From: an uncultured Chlamydiales bacterium
GTDB taxonomy: Bacteria; Chlamydiota; Chlamydiia; Chlamydiales; Rhabdochlamydiaceae
DNA: 64,000 nucleotides
Assembly (NCBI GenBank): GCA_963700985.1
Contig: OY969554.1
Span: 1,600,001-1,664,000, forward strand
Reading direction: 5' to 3'
This document shows positions 27,871 through 37,939 of this stretch, in pieces. Positions within the stretch are counted from its first letter, which is position 1; each line of letters opens with the position of its first letter. The position numbers were made by a program, and so were the translations under genes. The notes under the pieces were generated by a model that was not told the DNA's origin, did no database searches, and was given only the letters and a program-made list of their open reading frames with translations.

Positions 27871-29475
27871 TCACTTGGATCTCCAGAAGGCTGGCACGAG
27901 TAGAACTAAGAGGATAAAGAACTCAAGTCGACCTAATACCATCCAGATGAGCGAAATGAATTTCGATAAGGGAGGAAGAAAGGCGTAAAATTGGCTTTCG
28001 CCCATTGCACCAAAGCTTAAGCCGGCATTATTTACCATGCTGGCGATAACCCCGAGCGAAGTGGTCCCATCGATGCCATCTAGCACCAAAAAGAAAGTTC
28101 CCACCACAGTTAAGCTAATCAAAATGCAGATGAAAATAAGCACGGTGAGAGCGTTTTTGTCCGTGATCTCTTTTTTGCCCAGGCGCAGGCAGCGTACGCT
28201 ATCAGGCCGAAAGATCGATTCAATCTTGTTGGCAACGAGATGGTAGAGAATGTAAAGGCGTGCAATTTTCATTCCCCCGCACGTGGATCCAGACATGCCG
28301 CCCACAAAGACCAGCATGAGCAAGATAAATAGAGAAGAAAAAGGCCAAGCTTGTTCATTAGTTACGGAAAATCCCGTGGAGGTCTGGGCTGAGATGGCAT
28401 GAAAAAAACCGAAACGCAAAGCTTCGGGTAGCGGGAAAGTTTTTAAGAGCGTGAGAAAAATTGCAAATCCACTGAAAACGAGAGTGGCGAGAAAAACAAA
28501 AAATTCAGGTTCATAGAGACGATAGATTTTGCCCTTAATGCAATGAAAATAGAGGGTAAAGTTAAGGCTGCCAAGGATCATAAAAATGATGAGAATCCAT
28601 TGCGTACCTGCGGAATTATAAGCGGCAATGCCTGCATTTTTAACACAAAATCCCCCAGTTGAGATGGTAGAAAGCGAGAGCGCAAGTGCGTCGAAAAAAG
28701 AGATAGCTGGATTTGTGATTAATAAGAGGATGAGCTGTATGCAGGTTAATCCAAAATAGATCTTCCACAACATGCTAGCTGTCTCGCGAATGCGCGGCTT
28801 GAGCATCTCCTTATTAGGGCCGGTTAATTCTGTTTCAAATAAGAATCTTCCCCCCATGGCAAGGGCTGGGAGTACGGCGATAAAGAGCAGAATGATGCCC
28901 ATTCCTCCTAGCCATTGCAAAAAACAGCGCCAAAAAAGGATGGGTTTAGCAATCGCTTCTACGCCCGTGGCTAGAATCTCTTGAGTTAGAGGATCGCGAA
29001 GAGGTGTGATTGTTCCGTAATAGTGATAAAAGCCATTTTCTCCATTTTTAATGCTAAGTGGAATTTCTTGTTTTCCATCTTCAGCATAGGCTTTAGGGCA
29101 CATGACAGTCGCGCCGGTAGTGGTCAGTCCGGAAATTGCTTCAAAGTAAGCATCAAGGGGGCTCGCTAATGTTCTAGAAAAGAGGAAAGGAAGTGCGGCA
29201 ACGGCTGCAGTTAAAAACCAAATAGAGCCTGCAAGCAGGATGCTTTCACGCCTATGTAAAATGCTCGAGCCTCTTTTTCCCACGTAAAAAAAAAGTCCTG
29301 AAAGAATTAGCGTAATACCAAGCGTAGAGGCAAATGCGCCCGTACTAGGTAGAAAGGGAAGATTTTCGGTAAGAAAAAAATCATACAGTATTGCCACGGC
29401 CAGTGGGATTAATAGAATCAGACAGAAATAGAATAGATATCGACCTAGAAAGCGGCTGACTCCATAAAAATTCAT
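27871..29475 (-). CDS. trkH: Trk potassium uptake membrane protein
   Basis: FEAISGLTTTGAT, QWLGGMGI, ISTGGF, TSTGF, GSTCGGMK, GRLE. Confidence 0.93.
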   Translation of the reverse strand: MNFYGVSRFLGRYLFYFCLILLIPLAVAILYDFFLTENLPFLPSTGAFASTLGITLILSGLFFYVGKRGSSILHRRESILLAGSIWFLTAAVAALPFLFSRTLASPLDAYFEAISGLTTTGATVMCPKAYAEDGKQEIPLSIKNGENGFYHYYGTITPLRDPLTQEILATGVEAIAKPILFWRCFLQWLGGMGIILLFIAVLPALAMGGRFLFETELTGPNKEMLKPRIRETASMLWKIYFGLTCIQLILLLITNPAISFFDALALSLSTISTGGFCVKNAGIAAYNSAGTQWILIIFMILGSLNFTLYFHCIKGKIYRLYEPEFFVFLATLVFSGFAIFLTLLKTFPLPEALRFGFFHAISAQTSTGFSVTNEQAWPFSSLFILLMLVFVGGMSGSTCGGMKIARLYILYHLVANKIESIFRPDSVRCLRLGKKEITDKNALTVLIFICILISLTVVGTFFLVLDGIDGTTSLGVIASMVNNAGLSFGAMGESQFYAFLPPLSKFISLIWMVLGRLEFFILLVLLVPAFWRSK

Positions 29476-30824
29476 CAGAGAATTTTCTCCAACTCGGGCA
29501 GATGTTTAGGATGACAGATTACGATAACGCTATCTCCGGGAGCTAAAATATGGTTTCCCTTAGGGATTGTGACGGCTCCGCGATTTTCAATTAAGGCAAA
29601 AAGGAGATCTTTGGGCAGCTGCTTTCTTAAATCGACAATAGGAATGCCCACGATTTGAGAATCGACAGAGATCTTAACCTCCATAATCTTAGCTCGGTCT
29701 TGATATAATGATGAGATAGAGAAAAGCGGGCTTGAATGCGTAAGCGCGCGAATGCGGTTAGAAATGCTAGTGCGCTCTGAAACTGTGGTGTTGATGCCGA
29801 GGTGACGTAAAAAGGGCAAATAGGACTCTTCAGAAACAAGAGGGACAACTTTTTGACAGCCAATCTGCTTGGCTAAGGCGGCTATGAGGACGTTAGTTTC
29901 GAGCGGGGACGTGACGCAGATCACGCCATCAACTTCATCCAATTTTTCAGCCAGAAGAAAGTTGATGTCGGTGGGTTCATGACACAAAATGGTAGCATTC
30001 GGAAGTTCCTCTGCAATCTTGCGGCACTGTTCTTCATCATTATCGATAATTTTGACGGCCACTCCTTGCTCTTCTAAGAGCTTGGCTGTATGAAGAGCGA
30101 TCGTCGAGCTTCCGATGATCATGACTGAGTGCACTTTTTTTTGCGGCAATCCAAAAGTTTCGGGCAGTTTCGACATGATCTTAGCATCCCCAATCAATGT
30201 GATCTCATCGTTAGGAAGAAGAGGGTCTAATCCAGATGGAAAGATGATCTCTTCACCGGCAGAACTATGTCGATGGATAAGCCCAATCAAGAGATTGTGA
30301 GGAAGCTCGAGTTCGGAGATTTTTTTATGCGCATGTTGCCAAGAAGAAGGAAGCATAAGCGTGCGCATTTGTACCGAACCGTGCGCAAAGTTTTCTACGG
30401 CTACAGCATGCGCGTGCAAAATGTGTTTCATGATATCGTGAGCCACGATGAGCTCGCTGCCAATTAGGTGATCGACAAAGAAGAGTCTGGCAAAATCTAG
30501 TCGAGAACGATTTAGATAGCTGCCCTGCCGGATCCGTGCCACGGTTTTTGGATAGCCTAAATTTTTAGCCAGGCTGCAGGCGACTAAGTTTGTTTCGTCA
30601 TCACTGCTGACAGCGATAAAAAGGAAGGGATCATGTTCTAAAAGTTCTTCCAGAAGCTGCCAATCGGTGCCCGAACCGAGCCGGGTCGCTACATCTGCAT
30701 TTTCAGCTAGACGCTCTAAAGGTTTGGCGGCGTGATCGATTACGATCACATTATGGCCTTCGTTAGAAAGGGTGGTAGCCAGATAAGAGCCGATGCTGCC
30801 CGCACCTAAAATTAAAATACTCAT
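29475..30824 (-). CDS. trkA: Trk system NAD-binding subunit
   Basis: ILGAGSIG, SDDETNLVAC; two RCK-N/RCK-C pairs; abuts trkH. Confidence 0.93.
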   Translation of the reverse strand: MSILILGAGSIGSYLATTLSNEGHNVIVIDHAAKPLERLAENADVATRLGSGTDWQLLEELLEHDPFLFIAVSSDDETNLVACSLAKNLGYPKTVARIRQGSYLNRSRLDFARLFFVDHLIGSELIVAHDIMKHILHAHAVAVENFAHGSVQMRTLMLPSSWQHAHKKISELELPHNLLIGLIHRHSSAGEEIIFPSGLDPLLPNDEITLIGDAKIMSKLPETFGLPQKKVHSVMIIGSSTIALHTAKLLEEQGVAVKIIDNDEEQCRKIAEELPNATILCHEPTDINFLLAEKLDEVDGVICVTSPLETNVLIAALAKQIGCQKVVPLVSEESYLPFLRHLGINTTVSERTSISNRIRALTHSSPLFSISSLYQDRAKIMEVKISVDSQIVGIPIVDLRKQLPKDLLFALIENRGAVTIPKGNHILAPGDSVIVICHPKHLPELEKIL

Positions 30825-30947
30825 GTTCCCCCTTAAAGCCTTTCAGGCCCCTAAAACATCAAATTTTCCAAATAATCGCACTTTTCTACTAGAGGTATTG
30901 CTGAAAATGGGCTACTTTGTCATGATTTACCAACTTATGGAATTTAA

Positions 30948-31021
30948 GCACCGGTAGCTCAGCTGGATAGAGTACACGGCTACGAACCGTGAGGTCAGAG
31001 GTTCGAATCCTCTCCGGTGCA
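30948..31021 (+). tRNA. tRNA-Arg(ACG), CCA not encoded
   Basis: Acceptor GCACCGG/CCGGTGC, D arm GCTC..GAGT, anticodon arm CACGG-CTACGAA-CCGTG, T arm AGAGG-TTCGAAT-CCTCT. Candidate promoter TTGCTG-17-CATGAT at 30898-30926. Confidence 0.97.
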
Positions 31022-31033
31022 TCCTTTTTTCTC

Positions 31034-31657
31034 ATGATATTAGAAGTCTTTTCTTCAGGTCCTATTGAAACCAATACAATTCTTTTAGGGTGTCCTCTGA
31101 CCAAAAAAGGCGCAGTTATAGATGTGCCCTTAGAGAGTTCAGCTTGGCTAACCAGGCGCATTCAAGCTCTCGATTTGAAAGTAGAAAAAATTCTTCTTAC
31201 GCATTCACACTGGGATCATATTGCCGAAGTCAAACTTTTGCAAGAACTGCTCGGCGCATCTGTTTATATTCACGCAGAAGATAGGGCCAATCTCGAACAG
31301 CCAGGCACAGATGAACTCCCTCTCATGTTTTCTATTGAAGGAATTAAGCCATCAGGTCTTTTGACTGATGGCGAGATCATCATGGTTGGAACCCTGGAAA
31401 TTAAAGTGATCCATACCCCAGGCCATTCCACAGGATCTGTCTGCTTCTATCTCGAAAAAGAAAAGGTGCTAATTTCAGGAGACACTCTTTTTCGAGGGAC
31501 GATGGGCCGGATAGATTTCCCAAAATCGCGACCTGATCTAATGAAGAGTTCTTTGAAAAAACTCGCAGCTCTTCCTAGCGATACACAAGTTTTCCCTGGG
31601 CACGGCCCGAGCACCACGATTGGTACAGAAAGAAATTGGATAGAGCGTTTTAAATAA
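31034..31657 (+). CDS. MBL-fold metallo-hydrolase (glyoxalase II-like)
   Basis: THSHWDH, HTPGHS, SGDTLF, PGHG; start moved to ATG 31034, downstream of the tRNA. Confidence 0.9.
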   Translation: MILEVFSSGPIETNTILLGCPLTKKGAVIDVPLESSAWLTRRIQALDLKVEKILLTHSHWDHIAEVKLLQELLGASVYIHAEDRANLEQPGTDELPLMFSIEGIKPSGLLTDGEIIMVGTLEIKVIHTPGHSTGSVCFYLEKEKVLISGDTLFRGTMGRIDFPKSRPDLMKSSLKKLAALPSDTQVFPGHGPSTTIGTERNWIERFK

Positions 31658-31667
31658 GGAGAAACCT

Positions 31668-32249
31668 ATGGCATTACTGATCGGCAAACCCGCCCCGCAT
31701 TTTTTAGCAAAAGCTGCTTTCGGCGATAAGATCGTCGAAAATTTTTCTCTTAGTCACTATTTAGGTAAATATGTGGTTTTTTTCTTCTACCCCCTCGATT
31801 TTACATTCGTCTGCCCCACTGAGCTACATGCTTTTCAGGAGAGCCTGAAAGAATTTGAAGCGCGAGGAGCGCAAGTTGTGGGCTGTTCTGTTGATAGTTG
31901 CTATAGCCACGCTGCATGGCTTGGAACTTCAAGAACAAAAGGCGGAATTCAAGGTGTAGAATACCCGCTTATCTCTGATCTTAATAAAGACATCTCCAAA
32001 AGTTACAATGTCTTGAAAGAAGACGAGGGCATTGCCTATCGCGCGCAGTTTCTCATCGATAAGAAAGGCGTTGTGCGCCATTTACTGATCAACGACTTAC
32101 CAATAGGTCGATCAGTGGACGAAATGCTGCGTCTACTCGATGCGCTTATTTTTCATGATAAGCACGGCGAAGTATGCCCTGCAAATTGGAAGAGTGGAGA
32201 GAAGAGTATGAAGCCTACACAAGAAGGGCTCCTAAGCTACTTCAAATAA
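31668..32249 (+). CDS. ahpC: 2-Cys peroxiredoxin
   Basis: FYPLDFTFVCPTE and GEVCPANW. Confidence 0.95.
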   Translation: MALLIGKPAPHFLAKAAFGDKIVENFSLSHYLGKYVVFFFYPLDFTFVCPTELHAFQESLKEFEARGAQVVGCSVDSCYSHAAWLGTSRTKGGIQGVEYPLISDLNKDISKSYNVLKEDEGIAYRAQFLIDKKGVVRHLLINDLPIGRSVDEMLRLLDALIFHDKHGEVCPANWKSGEKSMKPTQEGLLSYFK

Positions 32250-32299
32250 ATTGTTCAAGAATTTATCCTTGATTTTTTGCAATCTGATTTAGGAACAAG

Positions 32300-33328
32300 A
32301 TGCGCTACATTATTTTTGCCTGGATTTTAAGTTTGACCAGTGCGGGTCAGGCTCAAGAAAAGCTATCACAAGAGCCCCTATCAAAAGGCTGCCATTTGAT
32401 TCTTTCTCCGCAGGAAGCTGAGGTTCAGCTTCTGCCTTTAAAAAGCATCTCAAATCCAATGCAAGCTGCGTTGATTCAACAGCTCTTCAAAAATCGTTTA
32501 GCGCTACTTTCCGCTGATACGAGTTCCCAGGAATCTCTGAGTAAAATTCTAGCGATGCTAGGAGAAATTGAAAGCCAAGGTTTTAGTGCTGAAGAGCTGC
32601 TATTTGCAAAGCAGCAGCTATTAGCTACCTGTCAAGCAGAGGCGACTCAAGAAGAAAGAGCTTATGTAGCAAATATTTCCCAATTAGAAATTTGGGAAGA
32701 AGTCAAAGATTTACTTTCAGATGAAAAGTTGCATCTAGCTTTTTCATCTTCAGAAAAAGGCAACCTATTGCTAACGAGAAAGCAAGCTGAGCTATTTGCT
32801 CTTTTTCTATTTAATCCCCGTCTGGCTGAAGGAGCGGGTGCTTCCGATGAGGATGAGGATCTTGAAGATCCGTTCATGGCTCCAACTGAGCAGCCAGTTA
32901 ATCCTGATCTAGACAATGCGGATTTTTACCAACTTCCTCTTCACGATTGGGAAAAACAGACGATCGCCTACATTATTACCAATATGGCAGATAAAAACGT
33001 TTTTCAGCTGCTTCTTGAGAAAAAAGATATGGAACGTAAAGGCAAAAAGATCAACCAAGTTCATCCTTTGAGATTTATCGGCTATGTCTGCTCGGATTTA
33101 AGACTTAAGCGTTTTCTTAGATTAATCAAAAAAAACACTTTTAAATGGGATGGCTTCATCGATGGCTTTTCAGGAAGGATGCGTGAAGAGGCGAGCCGAG
33201 GTAACCTTCAGCGCTTTGTTCCCGATTTTGCCGCTCAAGTAGGTGTCGATCCGGTTGACATAATGCCCTTTATTCAACGCGTCGACTGTGATGGCCTTGT
33301 GCGTTTTATTGTCGGTGCAACCAATTGA
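32300..33328 (+). CDS. Exported hypothetical protein with shared C-terminal domain
   Basis: Signal peptide ending AQA; C-terminal ~130 aa resembles 36543..37871 and 37940..38608. Confidence 0.75.
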   Translation: MRYIIFAWILSLTSAGQAQEKLSQEPLSKGCHLILSPQEAEVQLLPLKSISNPMQAALIQQLFKNRLALLSADTSSQESLSKILAMLGEIESQGFSAEELLFAKQQLLATCQAEATQEERAYVANISQLEIWEEVKDLLSDEKLHLAFSSSEKGNLLLTRKQAELFALFLFNPRLAEGAGASDEDEDLEDPFMAPTEQPVNPDLDNADFYQLPLHDWEKQTIAYIITNMADKNVFQLLLEKKDMERKGKKINQVHPLRFIGYVCSDLRLKRFLRLIKKNTFKWDGFIDGFSGRMREEASRGNLQRFVPDFAAQVGVDPVDIMPFIQRVDCDGLVRFIVGATN

Positions 33329-33399
33329 TTAAGAAGTAATTTTAAAGCTCCTTTTTTATAACGCACTTGAGTTGACCAGATATTCTGTTATCATTATGA

Positions 33400-35325
33400 G
33401 TGAGAATGGAGCGAATTAAGCTGGATAAGATGAAAAATATTTTCTCACCTACACGGATCAATTACATATATTTCGGATTCCTATTCGCCTGCTTAGCTTT
33501 TTTGCATGTTTTTCATGTGATGCTAATTGAAGATGTTTCATTTCTAAGCCGGCTGGCATTTCTTATCGATGCCCTGCTGCAAAGTTTCTTGGAAATCTCT
33601 TTCCTCCTTCTCTTAAGCCTTATTATTCGTCACTACTTCTCTAAGCCGATATTCTATGGATATATTGCACTAACCTTCTTTCTCCTCGTAATTCAGATGA
33701 TAGATTTTACTTTAGTGCGCCTCATGGATCTATCTTTCTGGTATGGCATTACGCTGATCTTTGATGAAAGTTTGAATAATTTTATCGAGAGCATGAAGGC
33801 GAGTAATATTCCATTATCAGCTTGGGCTCTGGTAGGAGCCATTGCCATTTCCTTGCCAATTCTTGGAATATGTATTTTTCTTCTATGTCAAAAATGGGAG
33901 GAAAAACGCCCGATTGCTATTTCCCTTACTAAGCTTACACAAGTGACTTGTGCGCTTGTGGCGCTTTTAGGCGTTTGGGATCTTTGCACAATTTTGCCGA
34001 TGAATTCGGTGAAAAATTATGAAAAATTAAGCAAAGCTCTACCCTTGAAATCCACCGTTTTTGCTCCAAGCACCCAAAAGATTGCGCTGAGTTCTATCTT
34101 GCCTCAGGAAAGAATGGAAAGCGGCGAAGCGGATGAAATGCCAATCGCACAGGCTCCGGCACATAAGCCAGATATTTTCATCTTTGTAATCGAAAGCCTA
34201 CGAGAAGATTTCATCACAAACGCAATCGCGCCTTCGCTATCTCAATTTAAAAAAGAGAACATCTCTTTTGATCTTGCCCTTTCAGGCGCAAATGCAACAC
34301 ACCTCTCTTGGTTTTCTCTTTTTTATTCGAAAAACCCCCTTCAATGGAAGCAGATCAGCAACGAGAATCGCAAGATGGGGAGTCCTGCCTTAAGAATGCT
34401 CAAAGAAATGGGATATGCCATTCATGTCTACACATCTGCGGCCCTCGGGTTCTATGAGATGGACGAAAGGCTCTTTGGAGAAAAGAATGCCCTCGTAGAT
34501 CACTTTTTTCTTTTCGGCCATGGCGAGCAGGTCTCTCCTTTTGAGAGTGATGAACGCACGATGAATAAATTGATGGAAGAGATGAAAGCTACAAAGAAGA
34601 TCGGAGGCCGGCTACATATTGTCTTTTTAGACTCGACACATTTTGATTACAGCTGGCCCAAAGAAAGCGGAACACTATTTTTGCCGATTACCGATGGCCT
34701 CGACTTTTTTAAAATTGCCTGCAGCAAGCCAGAATTAGAGCCGATTAAAAATCGCTATCGCAATGCGATCCATTATGTAGATGGGTTATTTGAAAAGTTT
34801 TTGCAAACGTTGAAAACCACCAAGCGCTCTGATGAGGCGGTTGTCGTTGTCACAGCTGATCATGGCGAAGAGTTTTATGAAGAGGGTCGCCTTTTTCACG
34901 CTTCGACCTTAAACATTGCGCAAACGCATGTCCCTCTCTATTATAAGTTTGGAAATAACAGTCAGCTTCCTGCTCACCTTCCGAGCAAACAGACCTCGCA
35001 TGTCGATGTCTTCCCAACACTTTTTCACTTCTTGTACCAGAAAGAACGCATTTTCACGCAGTTGCACGGAGAATCAATTTTTAAGGAGCAGCGCTGGCCT
35101 TATATCGTAAGCGCGAGGTTTAATGGAGGGAGAAATCCCTCAGATTTCTATGTTTTAAACGGCCAAAAGCTGCTCATGTTGCGCTTTGAAGGGGCAAAAG
35201 AATTTTCTAAATCTCACTTATCTGTCTTGTCAGTAAAAGATCTTTACGACCAAAATGTATCAAATAACTTTTCAATTGTCCGTGAAGAGTTCGATGAGGC
35301 CTTTAAGAGCCTCTTTTTAAGATAA
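33400..35325 (+). CDS. Membrane-anchored sulfatase/alkaline-phosphatase superfamily protein (PbgA/LTA-synthase-like)
   Basis: About 5 TM helices, then DIFIFVIESLR, ANATH, STHFDY, NRYRNAIHYVD, TADHGEEF, SHVDVFPT. Start may be 33406 or 33430. Confidence 0.8.
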   Translation: MRMERIKLDKMKNIFSPTRINYIYFGFLFACLAFLHVFHVMLIEDVSFLSRLAFLIDALLQSFLEISFLLLLSLIIRHYFSKPIFYGYIALTFFLLVIQMIDFTLVRLMDLSFWYGITLIFDESLNNFIESMKASNIPLSAWALVGAIAISLPILGICIFLLCQKWEEKRPIAISLTKLTQVTCALVALLGVWDLCTILPMNSVKNYEKLSKALPLKSTVFAPSTQKIALSSILPQERMESGEADEMPIAQAPAHKPDIFIFVIESLREDFITNAIAPSLSQFKKENISFDLALSGANATHLSWFSLFYSKNPLQWKQISNENRKMGSPALRMLKEMGYAIHVYTSAALGFYEMDERLFGEKNALVDHFFLFGHGEQVSPFESDERTMNKLMEEMKATKKIGGRLHIVFLDSTHFDYSWPKESGTLFLPITDGLDFFKIACSKPELEPIKNRYRNAIHYVDGLFEKFLQTLKTTKRSDEAVVVVTADHGEEFYEEGRLFHASTLNIAQTHVPLYYKFGNNSQLPAHLPSKQTSHVDVFPTLFHFLYQKERIFTQLHGESIFKEQRWPYIVSARFNGGRNPSDFYVLNGQKLLMLRFEGAKEFSKSHLSVLSVKDLYDQNVSNNFSIVREEFDEAFKSLFLR

Positions 35326-35459
35326 AAAGGTGGTTTTTCAATTATTTAGTTAACAATCTTAAATGTTTAGTTTGCTCTTTTTAAAGGGTTTTTATATAAT
35401 TTAAGAGCATTATTAGTTAAAAGTAACATTAAATTTACTGTAAATAAGATTTAAAAATA

Positions 35460-36533
35460 GTGCGCAGGATACTCATTAGCTTGATTTTGTCGACGGGTTC
35501 GTTCTCTGCTTTAAGTGCACAGCAATCAGAAAAGCGTGAAGCTACATGGAAAGGCATGCTTCGTTCATCATTTCTTAAAAGTCTCGATAAGATGCTTTCA
35601 GCGATTTTCGATGAACCATCACGAATGTATGTCATTGTGCCCACGCAGAGAGGAGAGACATTTCGAAATCAAGATTCCGGAATGCAGGAATTTATTAAGC
35701 TGCATGGATATTTTGCAGAGGAACATCCAATAGTAGGAAAGTTTACAAAAGACGAAGGAGATCTCTTTTTGACGCAAGCGATTTTAAATGAGATACATGA
35801 GAAAATTGCCGATCCTTTTCAACGCGAAATTACTTCTGCAGAAGTGATTACGAAAGTCCTTGCCTATCGTGATCTCAAGCAGGGGGACAAGATCGCCCTT
35901 CCAACATTGGATGCACAATCAAGAGCTGAGCTTACGACATATGTCGTTGATGAAGTGATCGATCTTTGGCGGGGAATGCCTGCCTTTGGACTCTTGCCTG
36001 AATCTGGAGATGGAGTGCCTATCTTACTTTTCCGTGGCACAGACCTTTCTCTTATTACAGAGCGTGGATGGGCTTCGGTGATCAGTGATTTGGAAATTCA
36101 TGATCCTGGACTTTCTACCTTTCAAAAAGGCCAAGCTAAGATCCATACCTGGTTAAAACATGCGGAAGAAAAATGTTGTAAAGCGCGCGTCATGGGTTTC
36201 AGTTTAGGCGGGATTTTTACTGCCTACACCCTTCTGTATGAAGGCGAATTGATTAATCGTGATAAGACCTCATTTGCTTTTAGCCCTCCCGGGGTCTCGC
36301 GCGAGGTTTTACAAGAGTGGACACAGGAAACTAATAGGCCGCCATTTCTTCAGTTTGTTCCTCAAGGGGATATTATTCCTAAATATGGACGGCTGTTCAA
36401 AAATGCCTTTCTACTGACTTACGATAAAGTGCCAGCTCCACTTTTGGCACATACAGGACTGGTTACTTTTTCAGAGCTGTATCGGCTTCACGCGATTGAT
36501 GCGGCTCAAGAAAACTCTCTAAGGAAACTATAG
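35460..36533 (+). CDS. Lipase class 3-like alpha/beta hydrolase with signal peptide
   Basis: ILLFRGTD, GFSLGG nucleophile elbow, FSPPGV, GDIIP, AH. Confidence 0.75.
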   Translation: MRRILISLILSTGSFSALSAQQSEKREATWKGMLRSSFLKSLDKMLSAIFDEPSRMYVIVPTQRGETFRNQDSGMQEFIKLHGYFAEEHPIVGKFTKDEGDLFLTQAILNEIHEKIADPFQREITSAEVITKVLAYRDLKQGDKIALPTLDAQSRAELTTYVVDEVIDLWRGMPAFGLLPESGDGVPILLFRGTDLSLITERGWASVISDLEIHDPGLSTFQKGQAKIHTWLKHAEEKCCKARVMGFSLGGIFTAYTLLYEGELINRDKTSFAFSPPGVSREVLQEWTQETNRPPFLQFVPQGDIIPKYGRLFKNAFLLTYDKVPAPLLAHTGLVTFSELYRLHAIDAAQENSLRKL

Positions 36534-36542
36534 GTAAAGATT

Positions 36543-37871
36543 ATGACTAACTGCTTTCCTATTTCCTTTTTTGTTCCTAAGAAGGTCGACTTTTTGCCCC
36601 CAGTGAAAGCGCTGGCACCATCTTCGCTTATCTTGCGCTATACCGAGCAGCGAGAGGTATGTGCTATTGCTCCTGGTGAATTGAATTTTTTCGATCGTGA
36701 AGTTATCCCGCGTTTTTTTGTCGTCCTAATCGCTTTGGCTTCTCTGGTCAATGCTGTGGGTAATTTAATTCTATGCGGCGCTTACTACTTATCTTACACC
36801 GTCCACCGTCCACTTGCAGAAGAGAAGACGAGTGCGGCTCTTTTTGATCGAGTCCAAGAAAACTTCTCACAAACAATCTCAGACTTAGCTTTAGGCTCAT
36901 CACTTTTCTATGGGCTGCTCTGGCCTCATGAAATTTTAGAAGCAGCTTTTTTTGATGATGCGGAGGAGTGCCCAATTGAATCATCCAGCGACTCATCTGC
37001 TGATTCTTCATTTTCGGATAGCCCTCTTTCAGTAAACTCAGAAGAGGATCCAAATAGTGTTGCTACCTTGCCGCCGCCCTCACCTGTGCTTAGCGTTCAG
37101 GTAATCGAAATCACACTCGTCGCAACCGAGGCGGTGCGCTCTGCCAGCCCAATTGTAGATCCAATGCCGGCAGCTTCTGTGCCTGTGCAAGAAGAAGAGT
37201 TCGATCCTTTAGGCGGAAAATTTAAAGTTCGTGTGATTCCCTCGCGAAATTCGATTTCTGCTCCTTCGACACCAACTAGTCATAGTATTCAAACTCCTAC
37301 GTCTTCAATTTCAGTCTCACCTGCTAAAGTCGCGGCTGAATTGCCTTCTCAGGCAAAGCCTGCTGTGATTGTGGCGACCCCCGCTGCAGTTGCAAAGCCA
37401 CCGATCGATCCCTACTCCACGTTGCAAGCTCCGACAGCTAAGCAAAAAGATGCCATCGTCAAAATGCTCACAACTATTAATGAAACAAATGCCGTTCTTT
37501 TGGCGCGCAAGAAGAATTACCTCAGAGAAAGACAGGCAGAGATAAAAACGTTGCATACGCTTAAGTTTCTCGAGACTATCCTGATGGATACTAACCCTGA
37601 TAAGAAGAAGAATTTGAAAGAGTGTCTCTTATCTATCAAGAAAAACAGCTTTCTTAAATGGGGCGGCTTTCTTAATGGAGACCCCATGACCCGCGATCCT
37701 TATGACGGCAATGTGGGCGCGCTTAAAAAGGCGAATGAGCAAGGTCAACTCAAACAGTACTTGCCAGGTTTTTACAAAGCTGTGGGCTTAGATGTTGGCA
37801 GGGCCGAAGCTTTTGTAACTGCTGGGAAATGGGATTTATGGTTCGATCTACTTCTCGCCAAGGGTGAGTAG
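36543..37871 (+). CDS. Hypothetical protein: hydrophobic segments, S/P/T-rich linker, shared C-terminal domain
   Basis: Translation; HTLKFLE, KWGGF and LKQYLPGFYKAVG shared with the neighbouring gene. Confidence 0.75.
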   Translation: MTNCFPISFFVPKKVDFLPPVKALAPSSLILRYTEQREVCAIAPGELNFFDREVIPRFFVVLIALASLVNAVGNLILCGAYYLSYTVHRPLAEEKTSAALFDRVQENFSQTISDLALGSSLFYGLLWPHEILEAAFFDDAEECPIESSSDSSADSSFSDSPLSVNSEEDPNSVATLPPPSPVLSVQVIEITLVATEAVRSASPIVDPMPAASVPVQEEEFDPLGGKFKVRVIPSRNSISAPSTPTSHSIQTPTSSISVSPAKVAAELPSQAKPAVIVATPAAVAKPPIDPYSTLQAPTAKQKDAIVKMLTTINETNAVLLARKKNYLRERQAEIKTLHTLKFLETILMDTNPDKKKNLKECLLSIKKNSFLKWGGFLNGDPMTRDPYDGNVGALKKANEQGQLKQYLPGFYKAVGLDVGRAEAFVTAGKWDLWFDLLLAKGE

Positions 37872-37939
37872 ACAAGCATTTCAGTTTTAAGTTATATCAA
37901 GGCAAACATCAGAATAAACTCTAAAGAAGGTTTTACGCT

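Noticed and set aside
30889-31161. Minus-strand 90-aa ORF, and the 30989 start of the MBL gene
   Set aside because: Both run through the tRNA-Arg. The first is an antisense shadow; the real start is ATG 31034.
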